A stretch of 31,025 nt of DNA, taken from IMG/VR virus record IMGVR_UViG_3300047669_001596, positions 1 through 31,025 of that record; one strand, written 5' to 3'. A program made the position numbers and the translations under genes. How positions within the stretch are numbered: position 1 is the first letter of the stretch; each line of letters opens with the position of its first letter. A model generated the notes under the pieces. The model was not told the origin of the DNA. It worked only from the letters and a program-made list of their open reading frames with translations, and ran no database searches. The DNA is from a virus (lineage: Duplodnaviria > Caudoviricetes). Shown in pieces: positions 1 through 11,200 of this stretch.

Positions 1-903
1 ATTTTTTATATCGTCATCGATACCACCGTAAATTAAATTAAAAGTAATTTTTTTAGATAACTCGTATTCATCCTCACTCAGTTCATCTTTTCCATGATAT
101 AATCTACCCAAGTATTCATGTATAGAAGTATCGGGTAAATCATATTTAAGAAAATTACCGATTAACCTGAGATGATAACTTTCATAGTCTACCATCACCA
201 ACAGGCCATCGTCACCAAATCTACTTTTAAAGCAATCTCGTTGGCCGTTTTTCTTATTGAGGGCAACATAATTTACATTACCATAACTATTACTGGGTCG
301 GCCTGTTGGAGTTAGCATATTATACTGGCCGAAGACCATTCCATCAGAATTCACCAAGGATTCACTTCCCAACTTAAAATCCTCAACATACATCCCGTTT
401 CGTTCAACTTCAAATAAAGCATTTGAAAAATCATATTCATACGAAACTAAATTTGAGTCAAAAGTTTCTATGTCACGAACAGACTTACACAACTCTTTGA
501 AGTGACTCAAAATTATCATAATAGGAACAGACCTTACATCAGCATACCTTTGTGAAGTTGGATTGAGATTGAGATCAGTTTTGGAATCCAAGTAGGAACA
601 TACCCGAGCATCCACCGCATTTCTTATATCAGATACATGATAAAGTAATTTCTTTCTATCAAATATAAACTTAGTTCCCTTTGTTTTGAATACCATATTC
701 AGATAATCAGATGACATCTCAATCAAATCGGGGTGGCCAAAGGAAACAATATAACTTTTACCCAATACATTTACAAACAACGCAAGTGGTTTATTTTCAG
801 ACGGATGCATATCAGGATATTGATAGTACACATGAACGACACTCGAATTTGTTTCCAGTACACCAAGTAACGACTTTGCTTCGTGTGGAGTCTCAATAAA
901 CAT
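1..903 (-). CDS. polA: Divergent compact family A DNA polymerase-like protein (3' end beyond window; 301 codons visible)
   Basis: Translated by hand (absent from the ORF track because it has no stop in the window): ATG at 903, MFIETPHEAK..., open to base 1. Contains FEVERNGM, YNMLTPTGRPS (cf. TATGRLSS), motif A VDYESYHLRLI (cf. DYSQIELRI) and motif B SKKITFNLIYGG (cf. AKAINFGLIYG). Confidence 0.85.
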   Translation of the reverse strand, partial: MFIETPHEAKSLLGVLETNSSVVHVYYQYPDMHPSENKPLALFVNVLGKSYIVSFGHPDLIEMSSDYLNMVFKTKGTKFIFDRKKLLYHVSDIRNAVDARVCSYLDSKTDLNLNPTSQRYADVRSVPIMIILSHFKELCKSVRDIETFDSNLVSYEYDFSNALFEVERNGMYVEDFKLGSESLVNSDGMVFGQYNMLTPTGRPSNSYGNVNYVALNKKNGQRDCFKSRFGDDGLLVMVDYESYHLRLIGNFLKYDLPDTSIHEYLGRLYHGKDELSEDEYELSKKITFNLIYGGIDDDIKN

Positions 904-911
904 ATAATAAT

Positions 912-940
912 ATTATATTATACTTCTCTGTAAAATTCAA
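912..940 (-). promoter_or_regulatory. Sigma70-type promoter of the PolA-like gene
   Basis: Minus strand reads TTGAAT (940-935), a 17-nt spacer, then TATAAT (917-912), followed by 8 nt and the ATG at 903. Confidence 0.6.
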
Positions 941-1349
941 GAGGATTCGTAAGAAAATTTCTAATACCGGATATAAACGTATCGGCCCTTGATATACTCA
1001 GATTATTAAAATCAGATACACCTAAAATTTTACCACCAGCGGGACCACCATCCTTCGTTTCATTACTACCGGTAAGTTTCCAACCTAATGATACACTTAT
1101 ATAAAATGGATTTTTTCTCAAAATTTGAAATTGTTCGTTAGTCACCTCATAAATTGGAAAATTTGGTGACGTACTTTTTCTAACCAAGAACCTATCAACA
1201 AAACCGTTCCTATAATCTTCCTCAGTTGGATGTGGTTTAGATTGGTGTGGGTTTGAAAAAAACGAAGATAAATCTCCCGTACCACGATGCCTAGCAAGTA
1301 CATTGTACCTACTATTCATGTGAACATTAACATTTTCTTCTTCGTCCAT
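918..1349 (-). CDS. Hypothetical phage protein (143 aa), possibly baseplate-associated
   Basis: ORF track 918..1388. The ATG at 1349 (MDEEENV) is preferred because it avoids overlap with the upstream gene ending at 1367. No recognised motif. Confidence 0.7.
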   Translation of the reverse strand: MDEEENVNVHMNSRYNVLARHRGTGDLSSFFSNPHQSKPHPTEEDYRNGFVDRFLVRKSTSPNFPIYEVTNEQFQILRKNPFYISVSLGWKLTGSNETKDGGPAGGKILGVSDFNNLSISRADTFISGIRNFLTNPLEFYREV

Positions 1350-1366
1350 CTTTTTATACCATAAAT

Positions 1367-4300
1367 TTATCCAGGGAAAAACATACATTCGAGATCAGTA
1401 GTCCAGTCCCCACCCGAGATTGAGTGTTTAACACCCGCTATTGCGAATACCCCGTTATTAAAATACCTGGCGGGGACACCCGAACAGTTAAAAACATCAT
1501 ATAGTCGGAGGCCTTCGATTCCATCCAACTTAATAGACATCTCAACTCCATCCAATCGTTGATTAAATATAATATTGTTCTTAGCATTCCTATCCACCTT
1601 GCAATTATCTAACATTCTGTTTCTATCGGGATCTACCATTTCCACATCTATTTCAGGATCTCCTGCGGTTGTTCCATATTTCACGGCCGAAGAGGATGAC
1701 GATGCCATTACAGACTCAGACGGTCGGGTAGTGATCTTTACTTGTCGTTTGGTGGGATTAGTGCCAAGATATTCCACAACTTTAATGTTGTCGACTTGTT
1801 TCTGCGAGATGTTATGCTCCTTCATCTTTTTCATCAGGTGGGGTGGAGCGAACCGTCCTTCTTCGCCAGAAGTTGGGTTTTCTTGTCGCCAATTGTAAAT
1901 CTGTTCCTTCTCGGAAGAGCTCAGATCTGTTGCGACCTCTTCTTGTATTGTGAGACGATAAACATTCCACTGGTTACGTGGGTCCTCCCTACCCAGTTTG
2001 GTTTGAAGCATATCCTTAGAAGAAACATATGAACCAGCGATTATTTTATATTTTTTGTCTTCGGTTTCCGAGAAGTCATATGATTTCCGATCAGACAAAT
2101 CCATTATAACCTCCTGGCCGGTCCCTCCGAACTCGTCGATGGAGAAGGTTTTTCCAACTAGAAATCTTTGAATATAAGTTACGTCCTGGATAGGTTTCAT
2201 CTGAGCAGGCATCATTTCTTTTGTAAATTTTTCGGGGGCCGCGCCAAACTTGGTCTCTTTATTCAAATGACTTTGGGTTTTTGCGACTTTGTTGAAAAAC
2301 TTGGCATTGCAATAAATTTGCCATTTTTGTTTTACCAAAATGGCGCCGAGACCGGTGGAATGTTGGCCGAAGTCTTGGGCTCTTCGTTGTGGGCCTCTCG
2401 TTGCGATGGAGGATTCGGGCCCTTCTTTTCGGGCCTTGGTGAGGTTGGCATCGAATCCGGACTGATCGGTTGCTGTTAGTACAATCGGTTTGTCCTCAGG
2501 CTTCGCCCCACGTTTATTATATGAAATATCCCACTCTGTGAGTTCGTCATCAGTTTTATATGAAACATGTTTCCCGAGTGCTCCTTGGCCAAGACCTTTG
2601 GAGGACAATGAAACTATATATTTGGCTTTATCGGGCATTTGCGGTTTCGTTTTCTCATCCTGGTCAATAACCGTATTATCAGCAGGATTTTTCGCGTGCT
2701 TTAATATCAAATCCTGACCTTCCTTTGCATAAAAACCACCGGCATCATCCAAGTTTCCGAAAACTATTTGTGAAGACAATTCAGATTTTGGGTCTACGTC
2801 TAAACTCATCTCACGAACGATACTATCTCCTCGGTGGGTTGGAAAGACCAGGGCAGTTTCTTTTTGTGTGCTTACATCTTCAGTTCCTGAAAAATTGGCA
2901 TCTATCAATTGCAAAGTCACATTCGAAGAGGTGTTGGTATCTGCACCTATAAGTTGGAAATCCCACAGATCTCCAACTGCAGCTGACACCTTTTTCATAA
3001 TATCCAGTATCATAGCTTCCGCAGTATGGTTTGTGGCCATACCATCGTCAACTACATTGAGATTTACAAATAAATCTGCGATTCGTCCCGAATATCCCAA
3101 TGTAGGACCGGATAGACCTGGACTTGCATAATCGGGAAAAGGTCGGACCGTGTCCTCCCGTTCTTCATAGGCGGAACTAAGAGTATTCACCCGTGTTCCC
3201 GATAAAATTTTATTTTTTATTTCCCCGTGTAGTTTACCGGCTATTGCAGGATGTTGGAAATTATATCCAGCAGTTGTGTTGAATGCCAATATTCTATGCA
3301 GATCATCTCTGGGCATTTCTTGCATCGCCTGTTCAAGAGTAAGTGATGAGGAGACTTTGTTAGTCATCTGCTTCACCATATTCAAAAAGGCCTGTGTTGT
3401 TTGTTTCTGACTGCTTCGAGCAGAATCTGAGGTACCCTGTTGTAAAACATTATATGATGCAGATGTTGACTGACCGGTGGTAGATTTAACTGAAATACTT
3501 GACCCCTCGTAAGTGCTCTGATTCCATCTAGGGGCCAGACTATTGGGTATGAGTAAAACATCACCATCTATTGATTTAATATTTGGATGAGCAATTGCAC
3601 GTGAGTTCCAACAAGAAACCTCCCAAACTTTTGTATGAGTTCCCTCGGAGGTCCGAGCAAAGAATATATTAAATATATCAAGCAAGTATCCAACCGTAAT
3701 GTATGTTCCCTCATTTGGACTAGCTGCATAGTATGGTTTTGAGGATGAGTAGGGATCAAACGAGAAATATCGTCCGCGGGCAAGTTTAATTGAATCTGTG
3801 TCTGACTTCTTTATCGTGGCAGATTTGTTACCAGCGTGTTGAGCTTCAGTTTGGTTGTTTTGATATGCATCAAGTAGTTCTTCCGATCCCTGTGGGCCTC
3901 GGTTGAAGCTCTTTGTTGACCCCGTGATGTCAGAATTACCTACTAACAACCTACGAAGTGCCGACATAGTAAAAGTTCTAATGTCATGTTGCCTGCCATC
4001 ACTGAGATTTTTCTTTTTGCGGCCGGTCTCGGTCATTATCATACGACCAATTTCGGACATACAAGAAACCAAACAAGTACAATCATAACCACCATCTGCT
4101 CGTATTGAATAGGTAAAACTATGAATTAAACCCATTGTATATCCATAGTTACCCTGACCTAGTCTTAACTGCTTTGACGCAGCGGGCATTGGTGGCTCTT
4201 GGCCGTGTCTCGTTATCTCGGCCTTTTCATTATTCCAAATTCTAGGAATAAGTTTTTGATAGCTTTCAGGGTTCAGTTGGAGTAAAGCTTCACGTGGATA

Positions 4301-5002
4301 AGTATTCCACCCCCACTCTACTATTGCTGATATACCTGGTTGGAAAAAATAAGCATCCATGTAATCAAGCTGGGCCTGACTCCACACTGTAAAGTTAATA
4401 GTTGTCCGTCTAAAATTCTTACCCGGATCAATATCTTCAGACTCGACACTCACTACCCCAGGGGATGGTCTGTGTTTATAGTCCGGTTCATCAAGCCAGT
4501 GTTCCTTTCCTGTTATGTCATATCCAAGTAAAGTTCGGGCATCTCCACCTCCACCATTGTATCCGTCTCCTTTATCAAATCCATATGTATCATGGAAGTT
4601 TCCATTGCCCATCAAGATGAAACCTTGCTTTACATTTTTTTTGTCAATTGGGTCGGTTACAATTGCACTTGATGTAACTCGGGCCCAAGAAGTCTTTGGG
4701 CCTTTATATATGTTTTTATCCCAGGCAGCTATCGCGATCGGGTCATTTCCCTTAATTGCGTTTAATGCAACAGAATCTTCCATCGAAGGGTAATTGGTTG
4801 CTTGACCGGCGGAATCATGTGTGTAATTTAATCCGAAATTTCTCCACCGGTTTAACAACTCCTCACGTACCCACGGTCGGATTTGTGACCGACAAGGAAA
4901 CTCAACTCCATCTTCTCGGGCCCAATCTTTAACCTCCTTCGCGGTTGGTATGTTACCATTCGCGGTGTGCATTATTCTATGACGTATCTCTTTACTACCC
5001 AT
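1367..5002 (-). CDS. Putative baseplate hub protein (T4 gp27/Mu gp44/P2 gpD-like), 1211 aa
   Basis: Follows the tape measure, tube initiator and LysM genes. The C-terminus MSIKLDGIEGLRLYDVF...GVFAIAGVKHSISGGDWTTDLEC matches the typical hub C-terminal pattern. Start is coupled to the upstream stop (TAATG at 5002). Confidence 0.65.
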   Translation of the reverse strand: MGSKEIRHRIMHTANGNIPTAKEVKDWAREDGVEFPCRSQIRPWVREELLNRWRNFGLNYTHDSAGQATNYPSMEDSVALNAIKGNDPIAIAAWDKNIYKGPKTSWARVTSSAIVTDPIDKKNVKQGFILMGNGNFHDTYGFDKGDGYNGGGGDARTLLGYDITGKEHWLDEPDYKHRPSPGVVSVESEDIDPGKNFRRTTINFTVWSQAQLDYMDAYFFQPGISAIVEWGWNTYPREALLQLNPESYQKLIPRIWNNEKAEITRHGQEPPMPAASKQLRLGQGNYGYTMGLIHSFTYSIRADGGYDCTCLVSCMSEIGRMIMTETGRKKKNLSDGRQHDIRTFTMSALRRLLVGNSDITGSTKSFNRGPQGSEELLDAYQNNQTEAQHAGNKSATIKKSDTDSIKLARGRYFSFDPYSSSKPYYAASPNEGTYITVGYLLDIFNIFFARTSEGTHTKVWEVSCWNSRAIAHPNIKSIDGDVLLIPNSLAPRWNQSTYEGSSISVKSTTGQSTSASYNVLQQGTSDSARSSQKQTTQAFLNMVKQMTNKVSSSLTLEQAMQEMPRDDLHRILAFNTTAGYNFQHPAIAGKLHGEIKNKILSGTRVNTLSSAYEEREDTVRPFPDYASPGLSGPTLGYSGRIADLFVNLNVVDDGMATNHTAEAMILDIMKKVSAAVGDLWDFQLIGADTNTSSNVTLQLIDANFSGTEDVSTQKETALVFPTHRGDSIVREMSLDVDPKSELSSQIVFGNLDDAGGFYAKEGQDLILKHAKNPADNTVIDQDEKTKPQMPDKAKYIVSLSSKGLGQGALGKHVSYKTDDELTEWDISYNKRGAKPEDKPIVLTATDQSGFDANLTKARKEGPESSIATRGPQRRAQDFGQHSTGLGAILVKQKWQIYCNAKFFNKVAKTQSHLNKETKFGAAPEKFTKEMMPAQMKPIQDVTYIQRFLVGKTFSIDEFGGTGQEVIMDLSDRKSYDFSETEDKKYKIIAGSYVSSKDMLQTKLGREDPRNQWNVYRLTIQEEVATDLSSSEKEQIYNWRQENPTSGEEGRFAPPHLMKKMKEHNISQKQVDNIKVVEYLGTNPTKRQVKITTRPSESVMASSSSSAVKYGTTAGDPEIDVEMVDPDRNRMLDNCKVDRNAKNNIIFNQRLDGVEMSIKLDGIEGLRLYDVFNCSGVPARYFNNGVFAIAGVKHSISGGDWTTDLECMFFPG

Positions 5003-5295
5003 TATAGTCCATTTATTCTATTATATTCATCTATAATACTATTTATATCACGTGGGATTCTAATTTGCGAGCCTAGTTTTGCATACATCGTTCCGTGGAC
5101 TTCATTTGCAGCTGCTAGTATCCACCAATAACTAGGATTGTTATAAAACCTATGTGCTAGATGATCAAATCGTGTTTTCTCTACCATCAAAACAAAAGTA
5201 TCGGAATCTCGTTTGCGAATCTTCGGTAAAATAGACGTAGATACCACACGTTTTCCACTGGCATCAGATTTAGTAGGTATTGCTTTATATCTCAT
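5002..5295 (-). CDS. LysM-like baseplate wedge protein (T4 gp53/P2 gpX-like), 97 aa
   Basis: RFDHLAHRFYNNPSYWWILAAAN...GSQIRIP motif. The ATG at 5295 (MRYKAIP) overlaps the upstream stop at 5285 by only 11 nt and is preferred over the 5370 start. Confidence 0.75.
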   Translation of the reverse strand: MRYKAIPTKSDASGKRVVSTSILPKIRKRDSDTFVLMVEKTRFDHLAHRFYNNPSYWWILAAANEVHGTMYAKLGSQIRIPRDINSIIDEYNRINGL

Positions 5296-8200
5296 AACTG
5301 TTTTTCCAAAATTGAGTTTTTTCCGGAGGAGTTCCACCATCACCAACCCACCACTTCTGGGTACGGCCATCTTTCCCCCACTTTTGTGGAGAAGTAAAGT
5401 CTGCTTTAGTTCCCGGTGTGGAGTTGACTACACACAATGCCTCGAATGTCTTTGACGAATCACTTAAACCATATCCTTCTTTCTTGGCCAAGATAGCAAT
5501 TTGTTGGCAATTGTAATTAATCAGACGGGGTTTTTTCGCACCCCAATCTTGAACTTCAAGTTCTACAATATATGGCCAGCATACTATGCTTTCTGGTTTA
5601 GATAAATAATCAAGTGAAATAACTCCTTCAGATTGCGGACGAGAGCTACTGTCCTTAATTTCTTCTTGTTGGATTTCACCATCGTTATTGTTCCAGTCTT
5701 TTTTGACCACCATTAAGGCAACTTTTCTGTACCAATCTTGGATAGCACCACGATTATCATCTGAACATACATCTGGTGCAGTATCCAAGTGTTTTCCGGT
5801 ATCGTCTGCATTGTCGGGTATACTTGTACCCGGACTTGAAGCATGGGCCCATACATCAGTTACACCAGGGACATAGGCAGATGTCTTAAATCTTGCAGAT
5901 TCCCACTTGAAATTTCCAGGTGGGACTTGGTATGAGTCATCACCATAATCGTCACCGGAGGTAACGACTGTATTGGAACCGTGAGGCCATTCAAACGGGG
6001 CACTTGGAGGATTACTGACAACCGTCCATACATTTTTTAATTCCCCCGCATATTTTGTTTTCATCTCATCTCTATCTGCTTCGAGATCTTCTTTTGGGAA
6101 AAATGGCAAAACACCGTACCAAACTGTTTTTCCTGAAGAATATATTGTATCTGGATCCCATTGTGTCCAGTTTTTGATCCACTTACCGAATGTAAGATCT
6201 GGACGGCCGTACTTGTATTCTCTGAACATATCACGATATTTTTGTGGGACTTTACCGGAAAAGTGTTCCGATTCGATAGTGGTAGGCCTCATAGTTCTAC
6301 TGAGTTCTCCTCTTGCCTTGGCATCACCCTCACTCCACCCCCAGCGGCCGACAGTCAACGCATCCGGTGGAAGTCTTTCTTCACCCTCGTTACTTTCTTT
6401 CCACAATGATTTACCTGTCATATCACATACAATCCAAGCACACACAGCACTCTTCCAGTAACCCACATGTCTGGCCAGTCCCTGTTTCTTCTGTCTGTGA
6501 GTTTCACCAAAGAAGGTCGCAAACGGTTCATCTCCTTGGTCTTTCTTAAATTCCTTTGTTTCGGCATCACGGAAATTGAATTTTGTATATGTGTCGTCTG
6601 CTTGGGGAGATGTTTCGGGTGGGGGTGGACCACAGTCCTCCGTGATCTTAAGTTCCGGATCGATATGCACAACGTGTGTACCCGGTTCAGATACAAGTTC
6701 ATCGTTTTTGGCAATTACACTAAGTTCATAATAACCACCTGCTACGAACGTCATTTCATATTCTGTCTCCGGACTCTCGGCCACGACACCCAAGTTTTCC
6801 ACTATTTCGTATTCGGCCGAATTGGAAGCATCATCTATATCACCCGCGGGTTTAGTTGTACTCAGACTTACTTCATAACGGGTTGCATTGGTAACACTGG
6901 CCCATGACCACTTTATTTTTAACTCATTGGTTGGAGATTTTGTCGAAGGGTTTGGTGTCTCTAAAGATGTGATTGGTGCTGGATCCTTAACCTCAAACAC
7001 ATATTCACCTTTTTTCGATGTTTTTACTAGTTTTCCATTTTGTTTTTTCTCGGCAATTACCGTTACTTGATAAAAACCCTCCTTTAATGCAAGCAACGGA
7101 AATGCTTTCAATTCTTTTGAATACTGAATAACGCCATAATCGATTTCGGGTTTGTATGCATACACACCAGGTGATACGTATGTGTCGTTAACCTTGGCCA
7201 AGGAAACTCTATAAGCAGTTGCCTCATCGACTGCGGGCCAAGTGAACTCTGGCTTTGAATTTGTAGTTGGGGATTCCGCAGTGGGTTCCGGGGTTTTCAG
7301 TGGTTCACTTGGTTGGGTGGTGACGTCTCCACCTTTATCCGGATCATCTAATGTGGGTCCACACGTAAAATCAAATACTTTAAGGTACGGTGATATTCCG
7401 GAATCGTCGTTGGGGATGACCAAACGTTTGCCGTTTAATCTCCAAGGATTACCATCGTACCCCATCCATTCCAATTTATTTTGTTCATATACACTTGTAT
7501 ACCCGTAATTGTCTTTAACAAAATCTACCTTACCAGGGTCACATGGATATGTTAAATTACCGATGTTTTGATCGGCAACAATATATGCCATCACATCCCC
7601 CATCCACATTTTAAGATTTCGGTCTACTACTAGATTAACTGCTTCATCTGATGTTTTTGGACCAACTGATCGGGTATATTGATCAGTTGCTCCGACTTCA
7701 CCTACGGCATACGGGCACTTGGGTGGTTTGGGTGGTGTTGCACGTTTATCGATCTGTACTTCGTGTGATCCAGGGGTTGACCAATCTGTTCCCGATCCCG
7801 AGCGAGCAGGGACCCCCGCCTTCACGGAAATTATATGTGTTCCTATTGCCAGAATGTTCGGTGGGGTGAAGTAGTTATCCTCTGTTACGGTAGTTACACC
7901 GAGAAATTTGATTTCATATAGTTTCGCATCAGGAACCGATGGCCATTGCCATGTGGGTTTTCTATTAGGAGTTGGTGTATCTGTTGTTGGTTCTGGTCGA
8001 GGTACCTGACTTGACTCAGGATCTTTCGGGGGGTTTGTCCACGAAGTATTAACCCATTCAATTTTCTCAAGAAGGTGGTCTTTAACCCAGGGTTCAAAGT
8101 GGCCATCAGAGGTTTTATTTTCAAAATACACACCCTGTTCTTCAAGGCCTTTGTTGCCCTTTATTTCTCCCATATCGACTTTCCTTTCAATCTCAAGTAG

Positions 8201-11200
8201 AAAATGTTCCTGATCTTCTATTTTCTTTACAAGGTATGTTGTATCCGTTTCTTTTTCTGCCTCCGGATCGGGTCGCATAAGTGTTCCTTTATTGGCACGA
8301 GCTTTATATTCTGTGGTGGCCGTTGCAATGTCTTCTTCTTCCGTTCCAAGGAGCAACATGAGATGATTCTCTATTGCATTTCTAGTTGCTCCACCATTAT
8401 AATGTTTCGCAATGATGGGTTGATATTGCATGTCTGCCATTCGTTCCAAAAGTTCTTGTCGTTGCACTTTGTTCCATGCACCCACGATTCTATAGTTCAA
8501 AACTGGTATTTTAGGATTTGCAAGTTGGAAGGGTATATTTTCATCCTCGGCCACCAGAGCCTTTTGCAGTCTTTCCCGTTCTCTAACAAATCTACCCGTA
8601 TCACTTGGATCAAGTTGGTAGGCCATCTCGTCATCTGATTTAAATCCGTCACCTGCTTCAGCTTCGTGTTTGACATTGGTTCTTGTTTTATTGCCGGCCT
8701 CGTCCGTCCCATGTTCAATATTTGTATACCCATTATACTTGTATAATCTATCCCATAACATATCCGCAAGATCGTCTTCCGATTCGATATCAACAGGAGT
8801 TGAAGAAATCCTCTGCTTTGTCTTACTCACAAGTGCATAAAATCCAATCGTAAGTTCTGACATACCTTGACCCGAGATTTTACTTCCTTCGGTGTCAGTT
8901 GGTAGATTAAGTCTGGACTCAACGTTATCGTCGTATTTATAATAAGTATACTCATATGTACCCGGATAAACCTTATGACCCTTTATCATTTTATTCCTAT
9001 CGTCTTCATACGGAATATAATACATATCATCAGTTTCTATCCCAGTTCCCTTATGTGCATCTTTTGCCAAATCACCCCACTTGCTCAGTGGATATTGGTC
9101 CGTGTTGAGGTGGCCACGCATAGCATCTGTTAATGAGTGTTTACGAGTGCCTGTGTCATCTTCGGGTGACGGAATGTTGGGGGATGTCGTAGTCCCAATT
9201 TCTCTTGAAACAAACTCGGCAAGTAATTTTCTCACCTCATCGACTTTCTTATAGTTGTTGGGGTTGATTTGTTGCGAACCGTTCTTGTCTAATTTTATTA
9301 CCCCAGACGAAGAGTTCATAGTGATTCTCATTGAACCAATAATCACCGGTTGTGTATTACCCGCAATTTCTCGAATTTCTTCTATCTCTTCAGGTGTACA
9401 ATTTATTTTAAATTTCCCGTAAACGGCAGATGGAGCTCGTTCACCATTGTATATATGTGGTTGACCGTTGCCATTAAACTCCATCCACACCGCACCCGTT
9501 TTACTGTAAACTCTGAATATGTTTGAACGAGTTCCTGGGTCTTTACGACGTTTGGCCTCGGGTTCGGCAGAAAGTTCACCATTTGCGGTTTTTGCCTGGT
9601 GACCCGGTGTTAATTTATATACATCGAATGTGAATGGACCCGAACCTATGTGTGGTTGGCCGATTTCATCTGCTATCCAATCCGCAACTTCACGTAACCA
9701 CAAATTTAGATTTCTAAGTTCCAGAGAAGCCATATACTTGGCATCTTTCTTTTCATATAAATCTTTGTCAAGATACCCAATCAGATCACCATCTGGTTCG
9801 TCATTTTTCTCATCATAACCCCCGACTGGATACGGACACCTGGGTGGTTCTTTGATATCATCCTCCTCTTCTCGGGGTTCATCGTTAAATGCACTGGTGT
9901 ACATACAGGTCATTCCCTCGGGGACTTTCTTGCCATTTATCGTCTCTATACATTTCGTGCCATTCCAGTCACAACTAGTTACCTGGTCGATGCCCATTAA
10001 AGCTGCAGTATTTTCACACGCACACGACTTCCATGATTCCAAGTCAGATTTATACCGGCCGGGTTTCTTAGTTTTCTTCATACCACTTGTTCTGCCAATA
10101 TAATGTTTGGACGGTGGGTATGAAGTGCATGACGGATTATCAGTTCCTTCAAACGGGTCGGGTTCTGCTGGTTTTTTTGCAAGTTCACCTTCAGGTCCAT
10201 CACCACCGACAACTCCCGTAGGTTCGGGAATTTTACGGCTGGGGTTGGGATAAATTAGATTATAGTTGAAACCCTGTTCCATTATCGGTCCATTATCATG
10301 AGTATCCTCACTCACAGGTTCGTCTTCACTTCTCCAGTGACCAAAATGTCTGTTGTTAAGTTTGGGAAGTCGTTTTTCAAGAAACTTAAACGAGAGGGTT
10401 ACTTGGGCCATATTGGGGTACTGGGCAACCAAAACATTATCTTCCTTTTTAGTAGTAAACGTATTGTTCAAATATTGATATCCTTCCGAACGATTTACCT
10501 CATCGGATGTAAGTTCCCATGCAGCTTCGGGAGGAATTGTAATTGCTACACTCGGCATTACAACTGGTTGATCAACATACATATCTCCTATATTTAACTT
10601 CAGGAATGGAGGTATTATAAAACCACCAATTGCTACGCTAGATTCATCGTCTACCTGGGATGTGTACCCCGCAGGTTTTGTCAAACCAACCAAGTAATTA
10701 AGTCGTTGCCACATAGGGTGCAACTCTTTTAAACTAAACGCTGCCACGGTAAAGTCAATAGATACCTGCCGAGTAAATCCCGTATATATCTGTACATTAT
10801 CCGCACGACCTATATAACGGACATCCTGCCATTCAGCATCCGACTGATCGGATATTGAATTTATGAAAGACCTAAATGGAATATATTTTTTATTAACGAT
10901 ATCATGTAATATAAATGGAACAAAATCCCAATCCCTCCAAAGTTTTTCCGAATCCGGTATTTTCACCAGGGAATCGGTTGGATCTGGTAGTGGATACAAT
11001 TTATTATACTCATCATACTTTATCATTGGACCTGATGTATAATTGGGTTGTTTCTTTTTAGACACATGGTCTTTGCTTTTTTTGTATCTGTCCTCGTATT
11101 TCTTGGATGCGTTTTCTTTTAATTCATCTTTACGAGTTGAACCACCCACATTTATAAATTTCTTCGCGTCGGTTTCTTTGCCAGCGGAAATAGAATCAAT

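Noticed and set aside
711-899. 62-aa + strand ORF
   Set aside because: Antisense to the PolA-like gene, which has recognisable motifs and a promoter.
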